This document shows, one piece after another, positions 1 through 10,940 of a stretch of 64,000 nt of DNA. The translations under genes were made by a program, and so were the position numbers. Position 1 is the first letter of the stretch. Each line of letters opens with the position of its first letter. Below the pieces are notes generated by a model that searched no databases, was not told where the DNA came from, and was given only the letters and a program-made list of their open reading frames with translations. Origin of the DNA: Mobula hypostoma (lineage: Eukaryota); the NCBI RefSeq assembly GCF_963921235.1, contig NC_086097.1:234920001-234984000 (forward strand), in the 5' to 3' direction.

Positions 1-1
1 C

Positions 2-262
2 CTTTTATATATTGGCGAGACCCGACGCAGACTGGGAGACTGCTTTGCTGAACACCTACGCTCTGTCCACCAGAGAAAGCAGGATCTCCCAGTGGCCACA
101 CATTTTAATTCCACATCCCATTCCCATTCTGATATGTCTATCCACAGCCTCCTCTACTGTAAAGATGAAGCCACATCCAGGTTGGAGGAACAACACCTTA
201 TATTCCATCTGGGTAGCCTCCAACCTGATGGCATGAACACTGACTTCTCCAACTTCCGCTAA
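2..262 (+). pseudogene. C-terminal GIY-YIG endonuclease of a Penelope-like retroelement (truncated by window edge)
   Basis: Frame starting at base 2 reads LLYIGETRRRLGDCFAEHLRSV...PVATHFNSTSH...RLEEQHLIFHLGSLQPDGMNTDFSNFR*, with the YIG, EH, HF and PxGxN motifs of PLE endonucleases. It is not in the ORF track. Confidence 0.9.
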
Positions 263-559
263 TGCTTCCCCCTCGTACCCCATCCGTTATTTATTTATAT
301 ACACACATTCTCTCTCTCTCTCTCTCTCTCTCTCCTTTTTCTCCCTCTGACCCTCTGACTATACCCTTTGCCCATCCTCTGGGTTCCCCCCCACTGTCTT
401 TCTCCCTAGGCCTCCTGTCCCATGATCCTCTCATATCCCCTTTGCCAATCACCTGTCCAGCTCTTGGCTCCATCCCTCCCCCTCCTGTCTTCTCCTATCA
501 TTTTGGATCTCCCCCTCCCCCTCCCACTTTCAAATCTCTTACCAACTCTTCCTTCAGTA

Positions 560-595
560 AGTCCTGACGAAGGGTCTCGGCCTGAAACGTTGTCT
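560..595 (+). ncRNA. Minimal type-I hammerhead ribozyme motif, mutated copy
   Basis: AGTC-CTGACGA-AGGGTCTCGGCCT-GAAAC-GTT-GTCT. Core is intact; cleavage triplet is GUU and stem I has a mismatch. Confidence 0.7.
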
Positions 596-656
596 GTACC
601 TCTTCCTAGAGATGCTGCCTGGCCTGCTGCGTTCACCAGCAACTTTGATGTGTGTT

Positions 657-850
657 ACATAAGGATTCAACACCTTTTGATCCTACGTCACATCTTACTA
701 ATGATTTGATGCCATTCTTTACCAGGAGAGACACTCCATCCCCTCTGCCAACCTTCCTATCACTCAGATACAACATATAACCTTGGACATTCAGCTCCAT
801 GCGGCAACCATCCTTCAGCCACGATTCAGTGATTGCCACATCATACTCGA
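657..850 (-). mobile_element. CR1 LINE ORF2 APE endonuclease fragment
   Basis: MAITESWLKDGCRMELNVQGY...DRKVGRGDGVSLLVK matches the CR1 endonuclease ITETWL/GY/DR-GGGV pattern. Confidence 0.8.
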
Positions 851-859
851 CAATCTGGC

Positions 860-1110
860 GGGCTTATCACTAGCAAGAACAGGCCACAGTGATGAATTTT
901 CTTGCAGGTACCCGAATGGTATGTTGCCTCCCAGGTGCCAGGGTCGGGGATGTCTCAGATCGCATCCACAGTGTTTTGGAGGGGGAGGGGGAGCAGCCAG
1001 ATGTCTTGGTACATATTGGTACCAATGACATATGAAGGAAAAGCAAAGAGATCCTGAAAAGAAAATTTAGAGAACTAGACAGGAAGTTGAAAATCAAGAC
1101 CTCCAGGGTC
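860..1110 (+). mobile_element. CR1 ORF1 SGNH-esterase fragment (appears to resume at about 2185-2240)
   Basis: Plus frame reads RMVCCLPGARVGDVSDRIHSVLEGEGEQPDVLVHIGTNDI, the PGA and HxGTND esterase blocks. RMTWQINVWLRSWCR follows the next insertion. Confidence 0.8.
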
Positions 1111-1124
1111 AAAGGCTAAAGCCC

Positions 1125-2185
1125 AAAGCCAGCATGGTTTCCTGAAAGGAAGATCCTACCTGACAAACCTACCGCTATTCTTTGAGGAAGTTACAAGCAG
1201 GGTAGACAAAGGAAATGCAGCCACACATGAGGCTGCTGAGCAAGATAAGAGTCCATGGAATTATAGGGAAATTACTAGCGTGGGGGGAGCATTGGCTGGT
1301 CGGCAGAAAACAGAGAGTGGGAATAAAGAGATCCTATTCTGGTTGGCTGTCTGTTTCCAGTAGAGTTCCACAGGGGTTGGTGTTGGGACCGTTACTTTTT
1401 ACGATGTATGTCAATGATTTGGACTATGGTATTAATGGATTTGTGGGTAAATTAGGTGGAGGAGTTGGTAGTGTTGAGGAACCAGAAAGCCTGCAGAGAG
1501 ACTTAGACAATTTAGGGGAATGGACAAAGTAGTGGCAAATGAAATACAAGGTTGGAAAGTGTATGGTCATACACTTTGGTGGAAGAAATAAACGGGCAGA
1601 GTATTATTTATATGGGGAGAGAATTCGAAATGCAGAGATGGAAAGAGACTTGGGAGCCTTTGTGCAAGATACCCTAAAGGTTAACCTGCAGGTCGAGTCA
1701 ATTGTGAAGAAGGTGAATGCAATGTTGGCATTCATTTCTAGAGGTATAGAATACAAGAGCCAGGATGTGATGTTGAGGTTCTATAAGGGACTCGTGAGAC
1801 CACACTTGGAGTATTGCGTGCAGTTTTGGGCTCCTTATTTTAGAAAGGATACACTGACATTGGAGAGGGTTTAGAGAAGATTCACGAGAATGTTTCCAGG
1901 AATGAGAGGGTGACCGTATGAGGAACATCTGTTAGCTCTTGGGCTGTATTCCCTGGAGTTCAGGAGAATGAGGGGGGATCTCATAGAAACATTCCAAATG
2001 TTAAAAGGCCTGAACAGATTATATATGGCAAAGTTATTTCCTATGATAGAGGATTCTAGGAAAAGAGGGCACAACTTCAGGATTAAAGGACATCCTTTTA
2101 GAACTGAGATGCAGAGAAATTATGTAAGTCAGAGGGTGATAAATCTGTGGAAATTTTGCCATGAACGTCTGTGGAGACAAGACAG
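1125..2185 (+). mobile_element. Degenerate CR1 LINE RT/C-terminal fragment
   Basis: VPQGLVLGPLLF, LVRPHLEYCVQFWAP and RGDLIETF motifs with stops. Confidence 0.92.
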
Positions 2186-3066
2186 GATGACTTGGCAGAT
2201 AAATGTGTGGCTGAGAAGCTGGTGCAGATGCAAATTCATAAAGGGTAGCAAACACAGTACTCAAAGTGTTATATCTCAATGTATGGAGTATAAGAAATAA
2301 GGTAGATGATCTTGTCGTTCGATTTTCTTGTAAGAGAAACCAATAGAAATCTTCAGTCTGTCCTACAGCCCTTCAATTTGCAGTCTGTTGTACAGAGAAA
2401 CAATAGAGCACAGATTGGATCTGGCATAAGACGAAAAGGAATACTGTCTATCATCTTGGAACTGTTAAAATACTTGCTTAAAGGGGACAATGGGCCTAGG
2501 TAACAAAAAGATTTCCAATGTTTCCTGTGTTATAGGATATAGGAGCAGAATTAGGCCACTTCACATGGATGATCCATTTTTCTTCTCAGTCCCACTTCTG
2601 CCTTCATGCCCTGACTAAACAAGAATCCATAACCTCTGCCTTAAATATACGAAATGACATGGCCTCTACAGCTGCCTGAGGCAATAGATTTATCAATTGT
2701 GTTAAATATACGTCAGCATTTCTAAGCATCCGGATGAAACGTACAGCAAATCCTGTTGGAAAACAAAACAAGGGAATCAGCACAACACAGAACTCAGCAG
2801 GTGGGCAGCATCAGTGGAAAGGAATAAACAGTTGATGTTTTAGTCCAAGAGTCTTCTGGAAAGGAAGGGAGAAGATTGTGTCTGTTGATCTGAATTTCCG
2901 CAGAATTTCTTGTGCTTGTGAAAAGAATAAATTATGCACAAAAACGCTGTCACATCATATCCCATGCAACATGTTTTAAGGCCAAAACATAGGCACTGCT
3001 GTAATGACTGGTTTCATAATTGATTGTCTGGAAATGTTCTTGGATCTGAGGAAGGCAACTGCATAT

Positions 3067-3546
3067 TTGAGGGGGGAAGTCCAGAAGATGGGCAAGGGGT
3101 ATAGTGAGAAGGACAGAGGGTGAAAAAGGAGAGAGAGAGGAAAAGAATGTGTGTGTATAAATAAATAAATAAATAAATATTATTTTGTGTATATAAATAT
3201 ATAAATAAATTTCCCTCTCTCCTGTTTCTCCCTCTGTCCCTCTCACTATACCCCTTGCCCATCCTCGGGCTTCCCCGCTCCCCCTTTTCTTTCTCTCTGG
3301 GCCTCCTGTCCCATGATCCTCTCATATCCCTTTTGCCAATCAACTGTCCAGCTCTTGGCTCCATCCCTCCCCCTCCTGTCTTCTCCTATCATTTTGGATC
3401 TCCCCCTCCCCCTCCCACTTTCAAATCTCTTACTAGCTCTTCTTTCAGTTAGTCCTGACGAAGGGTCTCGACCTGAAACGTCGACTGTACCTCTTCCTAT
3501 AGATGCTGCCTGACCTGCTGCGTTCACCAGCAACTTTGATGTGTGT
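3067..3546 (+). mobile_element. Penelope-like pseudo-LTR with inverted upstream partial copy
   Basis: 3200-3546 matches 290-656. 3067-3180 is the reverse complement of the same UTR start. Confidence 0.85.
3451..3486 (+). ncRNA. Minimal type-I hammerhead ribozyme motif (intact)
   Basis: Stem I AGTC/GACT, core CTGACGA, stem II AGG/CCT, GAAAC, GTC cleavage triplet. Confidence 0.8.
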
Positions 3547-4639
3547 CACAATCTACTTAAACAGTATTACACTAGGTGCTAGTAGGCCATCAGAAGCTCT
3601 AAGTATTGGAAGGAGGCATTGAATGGAAAACACACTTTGTCAGGCAAGTTTTGTTTATAAAAAATAGCAATATATACAAAATATTTACATGAGTAAGAAC
3701 AATTCAAACTTCCAACATTCTGTCTTTGGTTTCAAGTCTCAGATATCAAATGAAAACCAAGTTCCCTTTTGGTTAGAATCAGTAAAATTTATTCAAATAT
3801 CCTTTATTATTCCAATTTCTCTGATTAGATCTAGTCTTATACTCTATTTAAAGGTTTACAGACTAGTATTTGCCTTTCTAGTTATCCCTAGTTAGTTAGA
3901 AAACTAATTGAATTCCTATTTTCAGGTATATGGTTAACTTCAGTTTCAGTTCACGTCAGTATGTCTACAAATTCAAATTCAACACCCCCGAAAAATAAAT
4001 AGATATTCTATAAAACAAATAAATATAAATATATAAATTTCTGTTCCTGCGCTGGTTCTTCGATCGCCGAGTGGCTCACCATTGTGTTTCTTGGATGAAA
4101 TAGTGAGTATCCATGGAAAGTTGATTCACAAAACTTATACCAAAAAAACCTGACCAAATCCCTTGATATGATTTAACAAAGCTAATTCCCAGTTACGCAG
4201 TAGAGATCTTGGTCACCACACTGTGCCAATAGCGTCTCAGTATAGCTGCTCATTAAACCCGTAGCTTCAATAAATCTTTTATTGATATAGTCTTTCCTCC
4301 AGGGGTTTCGTCCTGAGGATTTCCAGTAAGTGGGGTAAAGGTACTGACTACTGACTCCAATTTTAATAGTTTTTAATCTTTAGTTAGTTTCTTTAGTTTG
4401 ACATATAGGAACATGAAAGTGCTGACTTTCCACTTTCCACTTTTGATCCTTCTATGAGCACTGGAGTGTCTTCCTGTCTTACCCTTGCTGAAGTCCACAG
4501 TCTATTCTCTATATTACTAATGTTGAGTGCAAAGTTCTCGCTGTGATCTCGCTCCAATATGCCTTCTCCTCATCATCTGAAATTCTGTGAATGACAGTTG
4601 TGTTGTCAGCAAATTTATTTGGCAGAACTGAGTTTTTCA

Positions 4640-5785
4640 CAAAGCAATTTCACAAGGTACACCATGCAAGGCTTATTGAGAAAGTAAAGAGGCATGGGAT
4701 CCAAGGGGACATTGCTTTGTGGATCCTGAACTGGCTTGTCCACAGAAGGCAAAAACTGGTTGTAGACATGTCATATTCTGCATGGAGGCCAGTGACCAGT
4801 GGTGTGCCTCAAGGATCTGTTCTGGGACCCCTACTCTTTGTGATCTTTATAAATGATCTGGATGAGGAAGTGGAGGAATGGGTTAGTAAATTTTCTGATG
4901 ATACAAAGTTTGGGGGTGTTGTGGATAGTGTGGAGGGATGTCAGAGGTTACAACAGGACATTGATAGGATGCAAAACTGGGCTGAGAAGTGGCAAATGGA
5001 GTTCAACCCAGATAAGTGTGAGGTAGTTCATTTTGGTAGGTCAAATATAATGACAGTATATAGCATTAATGGTGAGACCCTTGGCAGTGTGAAGGATCAG
5101 AGAGATCTTGGGGTCCGAGTCCATAGGACACTCAAAGCAGCTGTGCAGGTTGACTCTGTGGTTAAGAAGGCATAGAGTGCATTTACCTTCATCAATTGTG
5201 GGATTGAGTTTAAGAGCTGAGAGTTAATGTTGTAGCTATATAGGACCCTGGTCAGATCCTACTTGGAGTACTGTGCTCAATTCTGGTCGCCTCACTACAG
5301 GAAGGACGTGGAAATCATAGAAAGGGTGCAGAGGAGATTTACAAGGATGTTGCCTGGATTGGGGAGTATGTCTTATGAGAATAGGTAAAGTGAACTCGGC
5401 CTTTTCTCCTTAGAGAGACGGAGGAGGAGAGGTGACCTGATCGTGGTGTAACACGATCAATGCCTCTCATTGTCAGAGGCTTTTTCCCAGGGTTGAAATG
5501 GCTAGCACGAGAGGGCATAGCTTTAAGGTGCTTGGAAGCTGGTACAGAGGAGATGTCAGGGGTAAGTTTTTTCATGCAGAGTGGTGAGTGCATGAAATGG
5601 GCTGCCAGCAATGGTGGTGGATGTGGAAAGGACAGGGTCTTTTTGAGAGTCTCCTGAATGGCTACCTGGAGCTTAGAAAATTAGAGGGCTATCGGTAAAG
5701 CCTTGGTAGTTCTAAGGTAGGCATATGTTCAGCACAGCTTTGTGGGCCGAAGGGCCTGTATTGTGCTGTAGGTTTTCTATGTTTT
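4640..5785 (+). mobile_element. 5'-truncated CR1 LINE (RT C-half, 3'UTR, tail)
   Basis: GVPQGSVLGPLLF, SKFSDDTK, GGGCCGAAGGGCC 3' hairpin and TTTTCTATGTT tail. Confidence 0.93.
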
Positions 5786-6084
5786 AATGGAAACAAAATA
5801 GCTTTATTACAAAGCAGCTAAAATGATGATTATTTATTCTTTTAATATCTTTTGCCTGTAATAAGAACGCTGGTAATGGTTATTCATGCCCTTTAATTAG
5901 CTCAACTAATTCAAATTTCTCCTGTAACTAACTTTCCTGGTGTCTGATCTGTTGAGTGTTCCAGCAATTTCTGTTCTTCAGTTTTCTAGTGTCTTCAATG
6001 TTTTTAATTTTAACTTTGAGGCTGAGGGTGAACTTGGAGCACTGTATGAGGAGCATAGAAAGTCAGTCATTTTACAATATAAAA

Positions 6085-6635
6085 TTTACCTAGCCAGAAG
6101 GTGTGGATCTGTGGAATTCATTGCCACATACATCTGTGGAGGCCAAGTCATCAGGTATATTTAACGTGGAGGTTGATAAGTTCTTGATTAGTAAGGGTTC
6201 AAAGATTTCTTGTAGAAGGCAGGAGAATGAGGTTGAGAGGGATAATCAGACTTAGGGCAGACTTGATCGACTGAATGGCCTAAATTTGCTCCTATGTATT
6301 ATAGTCTTCTGTGAGAGTGTGATGAAATGGTGTTTTTCCCCAGGGCAGGGTTGTCTAGCAGTAGGAGAAAGAGGTTTGGGGTGTGAGGAGAGAAAATGAA
6401 AGGAGATTTGGGAAGCCCGCTTTTACAGAGCAGAGATTACCTGAAATGAACTGCAGAGGAGGTGGTGGAGGTGGATACAATTATAATGTTTTAGAAGCTA
6501 TTCGGACAGGTGCTTGGACAGGGAAGTAGTAGGTGGATAATAGCAAAGGGCAGGCAAGTGGGAGTAGCATCAACAGGCATCACATTCAACTTAGACAAAG
6601 TGAGCTGAAAAGGCATTTGTTTGCAGTATGTTTCT
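6085..6635 (+). mobile_element. Two old CR1 3'-end fragments
   Basis: GTGGATCTGTGGAATTCATTGCCA and GAATGGCCTAAATTTGCTCCTATG 3'UTR motifs, with a second degenerate copy from about 6330. Confidence 0.65.
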
Positions 6636-6939
6636 AAACTAAACTGCTAGTGCAAATTAATTCTTTAAATATTGTGCTATTGTGACTGTGAGCAAAGTCA
6701 CCAGAGAGACACTGAAACTAGAAGATATAGAAATTTTTATTCAGTAAAACAAGCAGCAAGCATCATACTCGAGACACTTGAGGAAGAGGAGGCTGACCTG
6801 ACCCAATATTACATGACATTTTATATGCTAAAGATCAAAGTTAACAGCAGGGAAATTCTATAGCTACAACGTATCCACAATGCTTCCTTTGAATTACATA
6901 TAGTTTTCAAACACCATCCCTCAACACTCCAGACACCTA

Positions 6940-7575
6940 TATGTCAACATCTGAGGACCTATCCTGGTCCCAACATATCGATGCAGTTACAAACAAGGCA
7001 CAACATTGGCTATATTTCATCAGGAGTCTGAGGAGATTAGGTATGTCACCAAACACACTCACAAATTTCTGCAGATGTACCATGGAGAGCATTCTAATCG
7101 GCTGAGTGGTTGCATCACTATCTGGAATGGGGGGTGGTGGGAGGCGGCATGCACAGGATCAAAATAAGCTGCAAAAAAGTTGTAAAATCAGTCAACTTCA
7201 TCAGTTTCTAGCCTGCCTAGAATCCAGGACATGGTGGAGGATTACAAATACCTGGGGATATGAATTGACAAAAAGGCAGCATCTATCATTAAGGACATCC
7301 ATCAAGGACATGCCCTTTTCTTATTGCTACCATCAAGGATGGTAGGGTGGTAGAGAAGCTTAATGGGACACACACACACACAATGATTCAGGAACAGCTT
7401 CTTCCCCTCTGCCATCGGATTGAATGGACATTGAACCCATGAACATTACCTCACCGTTTTATTTTATTTTGTACTACTAATTTAACATTTAATATATTAT
7501 ACATACATTTACTGTAATTCAGTTTTTATTATATATTGCAATGTAGTTATATTAAATCTGATTCTAATTCTGAAC
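6940..7575 (+). mobile_element. Rex1/Babar LINE 3' fragment
   Basis: Encodes DLSWSQHIDAVTNKAQHWLYFIRSLRRLGMSPNTLTNFCRCTMESIL, then RNSFFPSAI, an AT-rich UTR and a (ATTCTG)n-like tail. Confidence 0.85.
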
Positions 7576-8164
7576 TATTAGCAACAAAGGCAATTACTTT
7601 CAATTTATTAGTTTTCCCAATGGGTGAGAATAACATAATAGGCCTGGGAGTCTTTAAACCCCGATAAACTTTATCAATTCCACTTCAAAAGCAGGTGAAG
7701 ACAGACATTATTCTGATATATAATCGAAGGAAAAAGTGAGATTAGAGATGGTCCAGTCCCAGTTCACCCAGACTTGTTCAAGTTGTTAGTAAATGCCCTT
7801 GCACTTTTAATCCACTGTGCATTATACGCTGAACTTGTGTGTTATTTCTCCCATGAATAGGAATCCTATAACAAGTTGTAAAGAAAGCCTCATTTTAGAG
7901 AAGTAGCTTTAGCTGGACAGATTAGCAATGTCAAAGTTGTGGACCATGTAAGTCTAAAAAATACATAACACTGAGTAGAACAAGGATCTATTAGAAGCAG
8001 AAAGGTTAGTGTGTCAGATCAACAACTCCTGATCAGACTGTTCCAATGATAGATCATCAACCTTAAACAATGGTCCGTAATGCTCTGGCTGAAATAACAC
8101 TGTCTGCTGGGGCCATAGAGTTGACTACGCGGAGGCTGTGGTTTGAATGGAACCAGTGCTAACT

Positions 8165-8652
8165 TGGGTACAGTGGAGAGCATTCTAACTAGCTGCATCA
8201 CTTTCTAGTATGGTGAGGAGGGGGCAGATGACACTGCACAGGATTGAAATAAGCTGCAGAAAGTTGTAAACTCAGTCTGCTCCCCCCATCGTGAGAAACA
8301 GACTCCCCAGCATCCAGGACATCTTCAAGGAGTGATGACTCAAAAAGTATTAAGGATTCCCATCCCCCAGAACATGCCCTCTTCTCATTGCTACCATCAG
8401 GGAAGAGGTACAGGAGCCTGAAGACACACACTCAGTGATTCAGGAACAGCTTCTTCCCCTCTGCCATCAGATTTCTTAATGGACAGTGAACCCATCAACA
8501 CGACCTCACTACTTTTTTTTTGCACTAATTTAATTTAACCTTTTAATAATTACTTCTTACTGTAATTCATAGTTTGAGTTAGGTACTGCAATGTACTGTT
8601 GCTGCATAACAAATTTCACAACAAAAACTGGTGAAATTAAGCCCGATTCTGA
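8165..8652 (+). mobile_element. Rex1/Babar LINE 3' fragment
   Basis: VESILTSCITFxYG, LPSGKRYRSLK and CAGGAACAGCTTCTTCCCCTCTGCCATCAG motifs, similar to 7080-7575. Confidence 0.82.
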
Positions 8653-9304
8653 CAACGTTGTGTTCTGCACTCGGCCTTTTGGCTACCATTGGTAAGCTCA
8701 GGTCTCAGAAATACTTTGAAAGCTGGTTAAATCACATTCCTGCATGGCTCAACTTGCTGTCAAAGCTAACATTAAAAATGTAATACATATTAATCGGAAT
8801 TTTCTAACCTCAAGGATTAATACAAACATTTGAAAATAAAGTAAAACATTAAAGATAAGAAAGCACTGAGTCAAATGTATTTAAGCTAACTCAACTCATT
8901 AAAATGAATGACCTTGTATTTATTTCTGAAGAGGAGTGCAGGTATTCCTCTTCAGAATTCATAGAAGCAGCCTAGGATGCCATAGGCTCAGTTGGGGTTA
9001 AAGTGACTTCAATATCTTGCCAATACTATTACAACACACACATTGCCAACTCTTCATTATACTCTGCATGGTTGGAAAGTCACTATGTGTGCTGCACCAA
9101 CTGTCCCTCACCCCCATAGATATTAGTCAGCAACAGGAAGTCACGCTCCATGGCTGGGCGCACTGAGGAGTCCATACTTGAAGCACAGTTGGGAAATTCC
9201 TATCAGGTGGCAGGTGGTCTGAGACGCTCATGTTTATATTGGAACTTTCTGAAAACTACAGGGAAAAGTGACAAACGATCTGCTGCTTTCCCAGCATATA
9301 TGAA

Positions 9305-9388
9305 AAATAAACTCTTCTCGGTCTTCCAGCCGGGTACAGGCATCGATTATAAATGATGCTTCAAAGACAAGCTGAGCCATCTTCAGGG
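9305..9388 (-). mobile_element. Short terminal fragment of a second Penelope-like family with a decayed hammerhead
   Basis: Minus strand CCTGAAGATGGC...TTGTC-TTTGAAGCATC...ACCCGGCTGGAAGACCGAGAAGAGTTT resembles a PLE end; the core is eroded. Confidence 0.5.
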
Positions 9389-10355
9389 AAATGTGGTTGG
9401 AATATGGAACTCTCAGCTTTCCTCAAGTCCTCAGCTGTTAAAACTGTTTCTCTCCACAGATGCAACCTGATATGCTGAATAAGTCCAGTATTTGCTGCAC
9501 TGATTTCATGAACACGTCTTTTTTTAACGGCAATCAATCCAAGTACTCTCAGTAAAATTCAGTAGTTTCAATAGAACAGAAATATTACACCTAGTGTTAA
9601 GTGTATGTAAATGAAGTTACATTTGCTATTATTCTAACAACTGCAGGATATTAAAACCACCAAATCAATTAAACTTTAACGAAGAGCATAGAATGGGAAC
9701 AGGCCATTCAGCCCACAATGTTGTGTCAATCCAGCTGAAAAGTAAATCAAAAACACTCAGGTCATGGGTGGCAACTAGTTAACAAAGGATGCAGTTACCT
9801 GTCCACAACTACAAATATACCTACCAGGCCCTACTGAAGCAAAGAAAGCCAAACTATATCAAACCAAACCAAACTAAACTTTCCAACACTTTGCCATAAA
9901 TTTGTTTGTGAGATATAAAGTGACATTCTAGACCACACGTGATAATTAACAAAGATTTGAGAACTTGGACAATTGGTCGTCTGCAGTGCTTTGCATCATG
10001 GGAACTTTCAAGGGAACTGCGACAATTGATAGAAATGTCTTATAAAGATCACAGAATATTTTCTTTGTAAGATTTTCCCATCTCTGCAGTCACTCAAAAT
10101 AAAAAAATTCAATTTGCTTTCAAAATGGCTTCACTGATAATGCCTTCCCAGTGTCTTCCCCCGAATTTTAATTTATTATTCCTAATCTCTTCTTACTGAG
10201 GACCTATAGCAAAACCTATGCCACCACAGGGAAAATATATGAACTGAACACAGGCTGCTCTAGACCGAACCAAGGTCTATGGTGCTGTGAGGCATGGGTC
10301 TACTAAATTCATTGTTGTCGGAATACTGTATATGGGCATTAGTCTAAATATGTTC

Positions 10356-10940
10356 TTCAAGATTCAAGATACAAGATTCAAAAAACTTTATTGTCATTCT
10401 AACCGTACATCAGCTCTGCAGGGCAGAATGAGACAGTGTTTCCCAGGAGCAGTGCAATCATAACATAACAAACGCAACACTAAATAATAAGTATAACAAT
10501 AAATAGTAAAACACAACAGCCACATGTCAGTTAAAATCAAGTTATAAGTGTCCAGTGCAAGTTAAAAGTGTCCAAAGCAGAGTCAGGTAGAGCAGCTATT
10601 TAGCAGTCTGACTGCCTGTGGGAGGAAGCTGTTTAGTAGCCTTGTGCTTTTAGTTTTGATGCTCCTGTAAAGTTTGCCTGATGGCAGAAGAACAAACAGT
10701 TCATGGAGAGGGTGTGAGGGGTCTTTAATGATGTATTATGTCTTCTGGAGGCATCAACTCTGAAAGAGGTCTGAGACAGAAGGTAGGGAGACCCCGATAA
10801 CCTTCTCTGCTCCCCTAACCACCCTCTGCAAGGCTTTTTTGTCAACAGCACTGCAGCTGGAGTACCAGGTTGTGATGCAAAAGGTCAGCACACTCTCAAC
10901 CACGTCTCTGTAGAATGTAGTTAAGAAGTTAGTGGGGAGA
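10356..10940 (-). mobile_element. Rex1/Babar LINE 3' fragment with (TCTTGAA)n tail
   Basis: Minus strand encodes FYRDVVESVLTFCITTWYSSC and LPSGKLYRSIK. Tail reads TTCAAGA x3-4 on the plus strand. Confidence 0.85.

Larger units (their letters stand above)
1..656 (+). mobile_element. Penelope-like element 3' end (ORF end plus pyrimidine-rich pseudo-LTR)
   Basis: GIY-YIG ORF followed by a CT-rich UTR and a hammerhead-like motif. The UTR closely matches the copies at 3200-3546 and 50952-51048. Confidence 0.88.
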
